A DNA stretch of 64,000 bases from Candidatus Faecousia intestinigallinarum. GTDB taxonomy: Bacteria > Bacillota > Clostridia > Oscillospirales > Oscillospiraceae. The DNA is taken from NCBI GenBank assembly GCA_018715805.1, contig DVKX01000071.1, forward strand, positions 17,074 through 81,073. Reading direction: 5' to 3'. The notes below the pieces were generated by a model, which worked only from the letters and a program-made list of their open reading frames with translations, had not been told where the DNA came from and did no database searches. Below are positions 1-9,813 of the stretch, piece by piece. Each line of letters begins with the position of its first letter. Position 1 is the stretch's first letter. The position numbers and the translations under genes are program-made.

Positions 1-503
1 GGGCGGTGGATATTTTAGCGCAGCACTTGGGCTGCAAAGTGGATCGCCTGAAATTTCAGGGGCTGTACGGCCAAGTGAATTACCAGGGCAGAAAGCTGAT
101 ATTGCTCAAGCCCCAGACCTATATGAATTTGTCCGGCAATTCGGTGCTTCAGGCTTCGGCCTTTTTCAAAATTCCACCTCAGCGCATCATCGTTCTGTTT
201 GACGATATTTCCCTGCCTCCTGGCAGGCTCCGTATCCGGGGAGACGGCTCTGCCGGAGGGCACAACGGCATCAAATCCATCATTGCCCAGCTGGGAAGTC
301 AGGATTTTCCCCGGGTGAAGATCGGCGTTGGCGCAAAGCCCACACCGGAATATGACCTGGCTGCTTGGGTGCTCTCCAACTTTACATCGCAGGAGGAAAA
401 GGCGTTGTCGGATTCCCTGCAATGGGCGGGGGAAGCGGCTTTGTGCATTGTGGAACACGGCGTTGGTGAGGCAGCCAACCGCTATAATGGAAGAAGCGCC
501 TGA
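1..503 (+). CDS. pth: Peptidyl-tRNA hydrolase (5'-partial, begins before the window)
   Basis: LLKPQTYMNLSG, DDISLPPG, GSAGGHNGIKSII and RVKIGVG are Pth signatures; pth-mfd synteny. Confidence 0.96.
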   Translation, partial: AVDILAQHLGCKVDRLKFQGLYGQVNYQGRKLILLKPQTYMNLSGNSVLQASAFFKIPPQRIIVLFDDISLPPGRLRIRGDGSAGGHNGIKSIIAQLGSQDFPRVKIGVGAKPTPEYDLAAWVLSNFTSQEEKALSDSLQWAGEAALCIVEHGVGEAANRYNGRSA

Positions 504-573
504 AAGCGACTGTCAAATACCCACGGAAAGGGGCGAAAGCGCCCCTTTCCGCATTGCCGCGTGGAGGAGAATC

Positions 574-3500
574 ATGGAAAAATTGTTGGATTTCTTAAAA
601 AATATTCCGGAATACCGGATGCTGCTGGAGTCTGTCCGCCGGAGAGAGAGCGCAGCTGTCACCGGGATCGGGCAAATCAACCGCAGCCATATCCTGGCGG
701 GACTTTATGCCCATACGGATGCGCCCATGGTGATTTTTTGCCAGGACGATATGGCGGCCAAGCGGCTGCGAGAGGAACTGCAGGCATTTCTTGGTCTGGA
801 GGCTGCGGTGCTGCCCAGTCGGGAGATGACTTTTTATGATTCGGCGGCGGTGTCACGCAGCTGGGAGCAGAAGCGGCTGCGGCAGCTCTATGACCTGGCG
901 GCGGGGCATACCCGCGTGCAGATTTTTCCTTGGGAGGCCTTGTGCCAGCGCACGATGCCGAAAACGGTACTGGAGGAAAGTATTTTCTCCCTGGAAACGG
1001 GACGGGAATACGCCGTCGGTGAAATCCTGACGAAATTGGAGCGGCTGGGGTATTCCCGCTGCGCTATGGTGGAGGGTCCAGGGCAGTACGCCCTCCGGGG
1101 CGGCATTCTGGACGTTTTTTCCCCGTCCTGGGAAAAGCCGGTGCGGGCGGAATTTTTTGGAGACGAACTGGACGCCATGGGGTATTTTGACCCGGACACC
1201 CAGCGGCGGGTGGAGAACGTGGAACGGGCGCTTTTTCTGCCGGTGGCGGAAACGCTGCCTTCCCTGCATCCGATGGGACTGGAAGGGCTGTGCGACGATC
1301 TGCATACCCTGATTGCCCGACAGCGGCGGCGGAAGAACCCCAATGAGCAGCTGCTGAAAACCCTGTCTCAGGACTTGGAGAAATATGAAAACGGCGTGAG
1401 CAACCCGGCTTCCGACCGATATATGTCCCTGATTTATCCGCAGAAGGTCACTGCGCTGGACTATGTACCTGCGGAAGCACTGCTGGTCTTCTGCGATCAG
1501 GGAAGCCTCCGCCGTGCGGCCAGAGCGCAGACAGAGGGGCTGGGCTTACAGCTGGACAGTCTGCTCCAGGCAGGGATGGTAGCGGGGGAACTGTGCGCGT
1601 TTTCTGCCGAGTGGGAGGATATTTGCGCGGGCGTACGGAATAGGACGCTGGTGTACCTGGATTCCTTTGCCGGTTCAGCTTATCCGGAGGAGAATCCACC
1701 GAAGCAGCTTTTGCCGCTCCAGGCCAAGCAGCTGCCCGGCTATGGCGGCAATCTGGATACGGCTGCGGCTGATTTGGCGCACTATCAAAAAATGGATTTT
1801 GCCAGCCTGGTGCTTTGCGGCACCCGGCGCCGGGCGGAACTTTTGCAGGAAATGCTGCGGGCGAAAAACCTATCCGCCATGCTGTGTATTCCCCTGACCA
1901 CCATGCCGAAGGCGGGGCAGATCTTGCTGGGCGAGGGGACGCTGCCCTATGGTATGGAATATCCCGGCGCGAAGCTGGCGGTACTCACCGAAGGCCAGCT
2001 GCTTGCCCGACAGAGCGCACCCCGCAGAAAGGCCAAGGCTTCCTCTACAAACCGACAGAAGCTGCGTTCCTTCACCGATCTATCCCCCGGCGATTTGGTG
2101 GTGCATGAGAACTACGGCATCGGACGTTTCGTAGCCATGGAACAGATCAAGGTGGACGGCGCTGTAAAGGATTATGTGAAAATCGCCTACCAGGGGTCGG
2201 ACACATTGTTTGTCCCCGCCACCCAGCTGGATCTGGTGAGCAAATATATCGGCGGCGGCGAGGATACGGCTGTCCGCTTGAACAAGATCGGCTCGGATGC
2301 CTGGCAAAAGACAAAGGCAAAGGCGCGAAAGGCGGCAAAAGACATGGCTGGAGAACTGATTCAGCTCTATGCCGCCCGAAAGCGGCAGCCGGGTTTCCCT
2401 TTTGCGACGGATTCCCCCTGGCAGCTGGAGTTTGAGGACAATTTCCCTTACCCCGAGACGGACGATCAGCTTCGCTGTATTGCCGAGATCAAGGGAGATA
2501 TGGAAGCGCCTACCCCTATGGATCGCCTCCTTTGCGGCGATGTGGGCTTCGGCAAAACAGAGGTGGCGCTGCGGGCGGTGATGAAAGCGGTGATGGACGG
2601 CAAGCAATGCGCCATCCTGGCGCCTACCACCGTGCTGGCGCAGCAGCACTATCAAACAGCGGTGGCGCGTTTTCGAGGCTTCCCGGTTAATATCGACGTG
2701 CTCAGCCGCTTCCGTACCCCAAAACAGCAGCACGTTACCCTGGAGCGTTTGCGCTCCGGCGGCATTGATTTGATTATTGGCACGCATAAGCTGCTGCAAA
2801 AAAGCGTGCAGTTCAAGGATCTGGGGCTGCTGATCGTGGACGAGGAGCAGCGCTTTGGCGTGAGCCATAAGGAGCGGCTGAAGGAAATTTCTAAGGGCGT
2901 GGACGTCCTTACCCTCTCCGCCACGCCCATTCCCCGCACGTTGAACATGGCCTTGTCGGGCATCCGAGATATGTCTACCATTGAGGAGCCGCCTGCCGAC
3001 CGCTATCCGGTGCAGACCTATGTGCTGGAACACAACAATGCCATCCTGGACGATGCCATCCGCCGGGAGGTGGAGCGGGGAGGGCAGGTATACTACCTCC
3101 ACAATCGGGTGGAGACCATCGACCAGTGCGCCTCCGCGCTGAAGCGGCGGATGCCGGGGCTTCAAGTAGCGGTAGCCCATGGGAAAATGGGGGAGGACGC
3201 TCTGGGCGAGGTGATGCAGGCCATGGCGGACGGGGATATTCAGGTGCTGGTGTGCACCACCATTATTGAAACCGGTCTGGATATTCCCAACGCCAATACC
3301 CTGATTATTGAGAACGCCGACCGCCTGGGGCTGAGCCAGCTCCACCAGCTGCGGGGTCGGGTGGGACGTTCCACCCGCCATGCCTACGCCTATTTCACCT
3401 ACCGTCCGGACAAAAATCTTTCGGAGGTTGCGGAAAAACGGCTGTCCGCTATCCGGGACTTCGCGGAGTTTGGCTCCGGCTTCAAAATCGCCATGCGGGA

Positions 3501-4083
3501 TTTGGAGATCCGGGGCGCGGGCAACCTGCTGGGGGCGGAGCAGTCCGGGCATATGATGAGCGTAGGCTACGATATGTATTTGAAGCTGCTGGACGAGGCA
3601 GTGCTGGAGGAGCAGGGAGGAAAACCCAGGGAACCGGAATGCACCGCCGATTTGAATGTGACCGCCAATGTGGACAAGGATTATGTATCCCGGGGGGAGG
3701 AGCGGATGGATCTTTACCGCCGGATGGCGGCTATCCGCTGCCAGGCGGATGCGGACGATCTGCTGGACGAGATTGTAGATCGCTACGGCGAGCCGCCAAA
3801 GGGGGTGCTGAACCTGGTGGAGATCGCCCTGCTTCGCGCCAACGCCAAGAAACTGGGCATTACCGACATCCGCCAGAAAGCGGGAGATGTATTATTTACC
3901 CTGTCCAACCTGGATTTTCAGGCGGTGAGCGCGTTGTGCGCCGAGCCGGACTACAGGAATCGGGTTCAGTTTGTGGCCACGGCAAAAGAGCCGACCCTGC
4001 GGCTGAAGCTGGCCAACGGTGTGGACAGTTTGCGGCAGAGCAAGGCGTTCCTGCAGCGCTACGAAAGCTGCAGACAAATGTAA
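574..4083 (+). CDS. mfd: Transcription-repair coupling factor Mfd
   Basis: CarD-like RID (DLSPGDLVVHENYGIG), RecG-like motor (CGDVGFGKT, DEEQRFGV, SATPIPRT, QLRGRVGR), TRG motif RDLEIRGAGNLLG; start set at ATG 574 after GGAGGAG. Confidence 0.97.
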   Translation: MEKLLDFLKNIPEYRMLLESVRRRESAAVTGIGQINRSHILAGLYAHTDAPMVIFCQDDMAAKRLREELQAFLGLEAAVLPSREMTFYDSAAVSRSWEQKRLRQLYDLAAGHTRVQIFPWEALCQRTMPKTVLEESIFSLETGREYAVGEILTKLERLGYSRCAMVEGPGQYALRGGILDVFSPSWEKPVRAEFFGDELDAMGYFDPDTQRRVENVERALFLPVAETLPSLHPMGLEGLCDDLHTLIARQRRRKNPNEQLLKTLSQDLEKYENGVSNPASDRYMSLIYPQKVTALDYVPAEALLVFCDQGSLRRAARAQTEGLGLQLDSLLQAGMVAGELCAFSAEWEDICAGVRNRTLVYLDSFAGSAYPEENPPKQLLPLQAKQLPGYGGNLDTAAADLAHYQKMDFASLVLCGTRRRAELLQEMLRAKNLSAMLCIPLTTMPKAGQILLGEGTLPYGMEYPGAKLAVLTEGQLLARQSAPRRKAKASSTNRQKLRSFTDLSPGDLVVHENYGIGRFVAMEQIKVDGAVKDYVKIAYQGSDTLFVPATQLDLVSKYIGGGEDTAVRLNKIGSDAWQKTKAKARKAAKDMAGELIQLYAARKRQPGFPFATDSPWQLEFEDNFPYPETDDQLRCIAEIKGDMEAPTPMDRLLCGDVGFGKTEVALRAVMKAVMDGKQCAILAPTTVLAQQHYQTAVARFRGFPVNIDVLSRFRTPKQQHVTLERLRSGGIDLIIGTHKLLQKSVQFKDLGLLIVDEEQRFGVSHKERLKEISKGVDVLTLSATPIPRTLNMALSGIRDMSTIEEPPADRYPVQTYVLEHNNAILDDAIRREVERGGQVYYLHNRVETIDQCASALKRRMPGLQVAVAHGKMGEDALGEVMQAMADGDIQVLVCTTIIETGLDIPNANTLIIENADRLGLSQLHQLRGRVGRSTRHAYAYFTYRPDKNLSEVAEKRLSAIRDFAEFGSGFKIAMRDLEIRGAGNLLGAEQSGHMMSVGYDMYLKLLDEAVLEEQGGKPREPECTADLNVTANVDKDYVSRGEERMDLYRRMAAIRCQADADDLLDEIVDRYGEPPKGVLNLVEIALLRANAKKLGITDIRQKAGDVLFTLSNLDFQAVSALCAEPDYRNRVQFVATAKEPTLRLKLANGVDSLRQSKAFLQRYESCRQM

Positions 4084-4155
4084 ACATTTTGCGGCCAAGG
4101 TTGCAAAGACCTGAAATTGTGGTACAATAGCAAAAACCAAAAGGAGGTATGCCTG

Positions 4156-5883
4156 ATGGGAAAGTATGAAAAAAAGAAAACAACGCCGGATAGGAAAAAG
4201 AAAACGACATTTCCGGAAGTAACGGATGCGGATATGGAGGAATCCTATCGCGCTTTGGTAGGAAAGCCCAAGAAGGAAAAAAAGAGCGGCGTCATTGCCC
4301 TCTGCGTGGCTGCCGGCGTAGCGCTGGTCGCGTTGGCAGCGGGAATTTTCTTCCTGCTGCGGCCTGGCGACGGGAAAATCCCCAGCGGCGTTACTGCGGC
4401 GGGGGTGCATATAGGGGGCATGACCAGCGCGGAAGCAGCGCAGGCGCTGGAGCAGGCTACCCGGAACAGCTATCCCCGCACGCCTATGACCATCCAGGTG
4501 GGTGAGGAAGCGGTGGAATTGTCCCCGGCGGATACCGGGGCGCGGCTGGATGTGGAAGCCGTGGTGGCGGCGGCCATGGATCTGCCCGGCGGCGACGCCC
4601 AGGTAATGGATATTCTGCCCTACCTGGGGCTGAATAAAGCGGTCATTCAGGAGGCGGCGGACGATCTGGCAGCCAGGTATCAATCCGAATTCCACCAGAC
4701 GGAAATCAGCTTTACAGGAGAGATACCGGAGGAGATCACCCCGGAGACGCCGGCGCAGAACCTGACGATTATCCTGGGAACTCCGGGGTATGCGTTGGAT
4801 GGAGAGGCGCTCTATACCCAGATATTGGCGGCTTACAACAATAACCTCTTTACCGTATCCTACGCGCTGGAAAGTCAGGAGCCGGAGAGGGTGGATCTGG
4901 ATGCGCTGTGGGAGCAGTACTGCGTAGACGCCGTGGATGCGGTAATGGACGCGCAGACAGCAGAGATCACCCCGGAAACCTATGGCTACGGCTTTGACCG
5001 GGAAGAGGCGGATGCTATGCTGGCCGCCGCTCAGCCAGGAGAAACTGTCAATTTGGTTCTGCAGCCTATTGTGCCCGCAGTGACGGAGGAATCCCTAAAC
5101 GGCACTCTGTTCCAGGATGCGCTGGCTTCCTACCGGAGTTCTTACGACGCAGGAAATACCGCCCGCAGTACCAATCTGCGTCTGGCCTGCGAGGCCATCG
5201 ACGGCTTGGTGCTGCAGCCCGGAGAAACCTTTTCTTTCAACGGCGCCCTGGGTGAGCGAACCGAGTCCAAGGGCTATCGGCCGGTGTATGAGAACGGAGA
5301 TACTGTGGAGAGGGTTGGCGGCGGCGTAAGTCAGGTGTCTTCCGCGCTGTATTACTGCGCACTGCTGGCCGATTTAGAAATTCTGCAGCGGGAGAGTCAT
5401 ACGTTCGTGACCGACTATATGCCCTATGGCATGGATGCCGCCGTGGATAACGGCAATCTGGATCTTCAGTTCCGCAACAATACCACCCATCCCATCCGCA
5501 TTGAGGCCGGCCTGGATGGCGGCGATGTACAGCTGGTTCTGATGGGCACGGACGATCGGGACTACTATGTGGAGATGGAATATAAGATTCTTCACAGCTA
5601 TGACTACGACACCGTGTACCAGGAAATGGAACCGGACAACGAGGAAGGTTATGCGGACGGGGATGAGATCGTTTCTCCCTATACAGGCTACTATGTGGAG
5701 ACATACCGCTGCCGCTATGACAAAGCTGCTGGGGAGCTGCTCTCCCGGCGGTATGAGGACGTATCCGAATACGAAAGCCGCGACCAGGTACTCTGCCGTA
5801 TCAAAGTACCTGAGACGGCGGCACCAATAGATCCCTCGGATATCCTCATCGGGGGCGGCGTAGCGGAAGATCCCGGCGACTAA
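4156..5883 (+). CDS. Membrane-anchored VanW-family protein with putative peptidoglycan-binding region
   Basis: Basic N-tail plus one TM; VanW motifs R..N...A...IDG..LQPGETFSFN, GGGV(S)QVSSALY, Y..YGMDAAV, DLQFRN; RBS AAGGAGG before ATG 4156; promoter TTGCAA-17-TACAAT upstream. Confidence 0.85.
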   Translation: MGKYEKKKTTPDRKKKTTFPEVTDADMEESYRALVGKPKKEKKSGVIALCVAAGVALVALAAGIFFLLRPGDGKIPSGVTAAGVHIGGMTSAEAAQALEQATRNSYPRTPMTIQVGEEAVELSPADTGARLDVEAVVAAAMDLPGGDAQVMDILPYLGLNKAVIQEAADDLAARYQSEFHQTEISFTGEIPEEITPETPAQNLTIILGTPGYALDGEALYTQILAAYNNNLFTVSYALESQEPERVDLDALWEQYCVDAVDAVMDAQTAEITPETYGYGFDREEADAMLAAAQPGETVNLVLQPIVPAVTEESLNGTLFQDALASYRSSYDAGNTARSTNLRLACEAIDGLVLQPGETFSFNGALGERTESKGYRPVYENGDTVERVGGGVSQVSSALYYCALLADLEILQRESHTFVTDYMPYGMDAAVDNGNLDLQFRNNTTHPIRIEAGLDGGDVQLVLMGTDDRDYYVEMEYKILHSYDYDTVYQEMEPDNEEGYADGDEIVSPYTGYYVETYRCRYDKAAGELLSRRYEDVSEYESRDQVLCRIKVPETAAPIDPSDILIGGGVAEDPGD

Positions 5884-5902
5884 GCGGAATATTTCTGCCC
5901 TC

Positions 5903-5937
5903 AAAACCGTTGGCAACTTGTTGCCAACGGTTTTTTT
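5903..5937 (+). terminator. Intrinsic terminator after the VanW gene
   Basis: AAAACCGTTGGCAA-cttg-TTGCCAACGGTTTT followed by a T run. Confidence 0.85.
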
Positions 5938-6285
5938 GCATGGCGTTCATATGGAAGTTTTTGCCTGGGAAACTGTTGATCTTCCTATAAAAAGAAGAAG
6001 TTTCAAAAACGATTCTGCTGGTGTTGCCAAGGCGTAGGAGTGTTTGCTTTGAAGATTTTTTGTATATTCTGCTGTAAAATATTCTCTCCATTTTCAACAA
6101 AAATGTAAAAAATAGAAACTCACTATAGACTTGGTCATTATTATAGGTTATAATCACTATATAAGGAGCAGAAAGGAGGAAAACAGGAACCAGATAGGAC
6201 GATACGAAAGAATTTCCCCCAGCGCGGCTGCTCGCTCTGGCAGCGGTACAGCGAAGACTGATATAAGAATATGGAGGGAATAGAA

Positions 6286-7212
6286 GTGAAAAAGACAGCG
6301 GTATTGTTTATTCTGATTGCTTTGATATTTTCCGCCTGCGCACCGGCTTCTGCAGAGCCAACCATCACAGAGGCGATGGCAACCCAGCCCACGGAAGTCC
6401 CAACCACGGCGGCGACCCAGCCGGAAATTCTGGACTATGAGACTTATTTTTCCAGCTTGGATCCGGTGGAGCCGGTGGATGACGGCTATGGGAATCTGGT
6501 GCTTTCCAATGCGCCAATCAATGATGTGCCGGAGGAATTTGCTGTGGAAGCGGCAGGGGAGGAATCCCGCCTGACGAGACAGACCGACGAGGGGCAGGAA
6601 GTGCTTTTCACGGATCCCTACGGCGTCCTGAACGAGGTGCAGTACCATAATCGCTGCCTGTTCTTCCTGGCGGGTATTGATGCGGAAACCAACGGTATTT
6701 ACCGCCTGTATCTGCCGGAGGGGAAGGTGGATGTGCTGGTGGAGGACATCCCAGTCGGGAGCGGGGAGGACGGTTATCGTTTCTCCTATTTTAAGGTCGT
6801 CTCCAACTGCGAGCTTACCTGGGTCTGCGCCTATCCTGCCCTGGAAGCGCATGGCGCGGAATACTGGAACCAGCCGGTTCTGCAGGACGGGCAGACGCCT
6901 CACGAAATGTTCCACGGGCTATATCCCCAGGTGGAAAGCTATGAGGATCTGCTGGAAAATAAGACGGCGGCCTGGCAGTATGCGCAAACCCTGTGCGGCG
7001 TTCTCCGGGAGCGGACAGGCCGCTATACCGAGGAACTCTACTACCGGAATACCATGACGGAGGAAACCCGGAGCTGCTTCAGCGATGCAGTCTACAGCAG
7101 CCAGATGCCGATCGTCTATCCCGATGGGACTGCGCGGCCGGAGGAGGAGCGGAAAAACGGAGATTTCTGGTGGCTGGACAGCTACTATACCGGGGAGAAC
7201 CACGGGGAATAA
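6286..7212 (+). CDS. Hypothetical lipoprotein
   Basis: GTG start after GGAGGG; signal peptide KKTAVLFILIALIFSAC with lipobox Cys; Thr/Pro/Glu linker; no recognisable domain. Confidence 0.75.
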   Translation: MKKTAVLFILIALIFSACAPASAEPTITEAMATQPTEVPTTAATQPEILDYETYFSSLDPVEPVDDGYGNLVLSNAPINDVPEEFAVEAAGEESRLTRQTDEGQEVLFTDPYGVLNEVQYHNRCLFFLAGIDAETNGIYRLYLPEGKVDVLVEDIPVGSGEDGYRFSYFKVVSNCELTWVCAYPALEAHGAEYWNQPVLQDGQTPHEMFHGLYPQVESYEDLLENKTAAWQYAQTLCGVLRERTGRYTEELYYRNTMTEETRSCFSDAVYSSQMPIVYPDGTARPEEERKNGDFWWLDSYYTGENHGE

Positions 7213-7327
7213 TTCCATTCCACAGCCGAAAACTGCCCGCCGGATTCTTCCGGCGGGCTTTGCCGACAGATGTTCCCTTGACAGCCGCACCTGCTTCTGA
7301 TAGGATAAAGTTCTATGGAAGGGGGGA

Positions 7328-7813
7328 ATGCGCATGGACGACCAGGACGTGAGGAAGCGGCGGCTGTATCGCCTGCTTTTCGGTGTGTACTGCCTGGGAA
7401 TGGCGCTGCTGCTGTTCCACCGGCCGGTCTACTCCCTGGAGGAGCGGGAATACTGGCAGATTTTGACGGAAAATCAGAACCTGATCCCCTTCCGTACCAT
7501 CCGCGTCTGCCTGGAGCTGCTCCATGCGGAGGAAGCCTGGCTGCGGCGCTACGCGACAGTGAATTTTTACGGAAATATCCTGCTGTTTCTGCCCTGGGGG
7601 ATGCTGCTGCCCCGGGTTTGGAGGACTATGGAAAGCCATTGGCGGTTTCTGCTCTTCAGCGCCGGGGTCATTCTTGCGGTGGAGGCGGCGCAGCTTTTCT
7701 CCCTGCGGGGCAGCTGCGACATTGACGATGTGATCCTCAATCTTTCGGGGATGCTCCTGGGATTCTGGCTGGGGAAGCTATGGCGGCGGTGGAGGCGATC
7801 TCCCGCCTCATAA
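7328..7813 (+). CDS. VanZ-family membrane protein
   Basis: NLIPFRTI, GNILLFLPWG, EAAQLF..RGSCDIDDVILN are VanZ motifs; promoter TTGACA-17-TAGGAT upstream. Confidence 0.88.
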   Translation: MRMDDQDVRKRRLYRLLFGVYCLGMALLLFHRPVYSLEEREYWQILTENQNLIPFRTIRVCLELLHAEEAWLRRYATVNFYGNILLFLPWGMLLPRVWRTMESHWRFLLFSAGVILAVEAAQLFSLRGSCDIDDVILNLSGMLLGFWLGKLWRRWRRSPAS

Positions 7814-7940
7814 TATGGACATATATTTACAGAAAACTTACCTGGATTTGTCTATTTTTCACATTGACGGGGACTGGGAAATTTGGTATATTTTGAGCGT
7901 ATGGGCACTCCATACGCTCAAAACATTTTAGGAGGAAAAA

Positions 7941-9659
7941 ATGATGACAAAGAAGATCATTGCCCTGATCATGGCAATGGTGCTGTGTCTGGGCTTGGCG
8001 GCCTGCGCCAGCGGTGAAACCCCCACTGTGACCACCACTGCGCCCACCGCTGACACGCAGCCCACTGTGCTGGCCACTGAGCCTGCTGCCCAGGGCGAAG
8101 AATTGGTGATCCTGTACACCAACGATGTGCACAACGCCTACCAGCGCGGCACGGAAGACAATGCCGACCGCATGGGCTATGCCGCCCTGGCGGCCTATGC
8201 CAAGGCGCTGGAGGCGGAGGGCAGCACCGTTGTCCTGGTGGACGGCGGCGACGCCATTCAGGGCGAGGCTGTGGGCACCCTGTCCAAAGGCGCTTACCTG
8301 GTGGACATTATGAACGAAGTGGGCTACGACATTGCCGTTCCCGGCAACCATGAGTTTGACTTCGGTATGGATACTTTCCTGGATCTGGCCAACAATAAGG
8401 CGAATTACCAGTATGTGTCCTGCAACTTCACGGATCTGCGCACTGGCGAGACAGTGTTCCAGCCCTATGTGGTAAAGGAATTTGACGGCGTGAAGGTGGC
8501 CTTTGTGGGCATTTCCACCCCGGAGACCTTTACCAAGTCCACCCCCACCTACTTCCAGGATGAAGAAGGCAACTACATCTACGGCTTTGCTGAGGGCAAC
8601 GAGGGTCAGGATCTGTATGAATGCGTACAGAATGCCATTGACCAGGCGAAGCTGGAGGCCGACTATGTGATCTGTGTGGGTCACGTGGGCACCGACCCTG
8701 CCAGCAGCCCCTGGACTTCTACGGAGATCATTGCCAACACCACCGGCATGACGGCATTCCTGGACGGCCATTCTCACTCCGTCATCAATGGCGAGACTGT
8801 CACCGATAAGGACGGCAACACCGTTGTAGTTTGCTCTACCGGCACCAAGCTGACGGCTATCGGCGAGCTGCGGCTGAATCTGGCCGACGGTACCGCCACG
8901 GCTTCTCTGGTCACCGGCCTCACCGAGGATGACCCCGATGTGCTGGCCTACACCAACGACATTGCAGCACAGTTTGAGGAACTGCTGGCCAGCGTGGTAG
9001 CCACCTCTGAACTGGAACTGGTGGTCAACGACCCGGAGACTGACGAGCGTATTGTCCGCAGCCAGGAAACCAACCTGGGCGACCTGTGCGCCGACGCTTA
9101 CCGCAGCCTGCTGGGCGCGGACATCGGTCTGGTGAACGGCGGCGGCGTCCGGGATGTGATCCATGCCGGCGACGTGACCTATGGCGACATCATCGCGGTG
9201 CATCCTTTCGGTAATGTGGCCTGCCTGGTGGAAGTGAACGGACAGCAGATCTTGGATGCCCTGGAAATGGCCTACCGCCTCGTCGGCGAGGGTGAGTGCG
9301 GCGGCTTCCTGCAGGTATCCGGACTGACCTGTGAAGTAGATACCTCCATCCCCTCCAGCGTGGTGCTGGATGACAAGGAGAACTTCGTGGAGGTGTCCGG
9401 TGATCGCCGCGTATTCAACGTGATGGTAAACGGCGAACCCATCGATCCCGAGGCTGCTTACACTGTGGCTTCCCACAATTATATGCTCAAGGACGGCGGC
9501 GACGGCTTCACCATGTTCATCGGCAGCCCGGTGCTGCAGGATGAGGTGATGATCGACAACCAGGTGCTGATCACCTACATCCAGGAGACTCTTGGCGGTG
9601 TGGTCAGCGCGGAGCAGTACGGCGATCCCTATGGCGAGGGTCGTATTGTGATCCACTGA
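7941..9659 (+). CDS. Bifunctional UDP-sugar hydrolase/5'-nucleotidase lipoprotein
   Basis: Lipobox LAAC; metallophosphatase motifs TNDVH, GDAIQG, GNHEFD, DGHSH; C-domain ETNLGDLCADAY, NGGGVR. Confidence 0.92.
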   Translation: MMTKKIIALIMAMVLCLGLAACASGETPTVTTTAPTADTQPTVLATEPAAQGEELVILYTNDVHNAYQRGTEDNADRMGYAALAAYAKALEAEGSTVVLVDGGDAIQGEAVGTLSKGAYLVDIMNEVGYDIAVPGNHEFDFGMDTFLDLANNKANYQYVSCNFTDLRTGETVFQPYVVKEFDGVKVAFVGISTPETFTKSTPTYFQDEEGNYIYGFAEGNEGQDLYECVQNAIDQAKLEADYVICVGHVGTDPASSPWTSTEIIANTTGMTAFLDGHSHSVINGETVTDKDGNTVVVCSTGTKLTAIGELRLNLADGTATASLVTGLTEDDPDVLAYTNDIAAQFEELLASVVATSELELVVNDPETDERIVRSQETNLGDLCADAYRSLLGADIGLVNGGGVRDVIHAGDVTYGDIIAVHPFGNVACLVEVNGQQILDALEMAYRLVGEGECGGFLQVSGLTCEVDTSIPSSVVLDDKENFVEVSGDRRVFNVMVNGEPIDPEAAYTVASHNYMLKDGGDGFTMFIGSPVLQDEVMIDNQVLITYIQETLGGVVSAEQYGDPYGEGRIVIH

Positions 9660-9680
9660 TCCTTTTGAATCCAATTATGC

Positions 9681-9710
9681 GCCGCCGCCCGCAAGGGCGG
9701 CGGCTTTTTT
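9681..9710 (+). terminator. Intrinsic terminator
   Basis: GCCGCCGCCC-gcaa-GGGCGGCGGC-TTTTTT. Confidence 0.85.
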
Positions 9711-9813
9711 CTGGAAAAGCAGACAGATTGTCGTGGTTTTCCAAAAGGAAGTCCCCTTGTCAAATAGGGAAAACCTGCTATAATATAGCCATTGCACAGA
9801 AAGGAAACGGGCA

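Noticed and set aside
328-573. N-terminal extensions in the ORF track (mfd, gpsA, hprK, rsmF, comEC, MarR and others)
   Set aside because: They overlap upstream genes or promoters; downstream starts have clear SD sequences and match family N-termini
6118-6128. ACTCACTATAG, identical to the T7 promoter core
   Set aside because: Only 11 nt, the upstream TAATACG is absent, and there is no phage or vector context; consistent with chance in AT-rich DNA
7827-9674. Long antisense ORFs (also 2080-3552, 20233-21621, 37136-39013, 52947-54716, 55865-57577, 58422-59609, 62925-63950)
   Set aside because: Shadows of GC3-biased genes on the opposite strand; no RBS and no recognisable motifs
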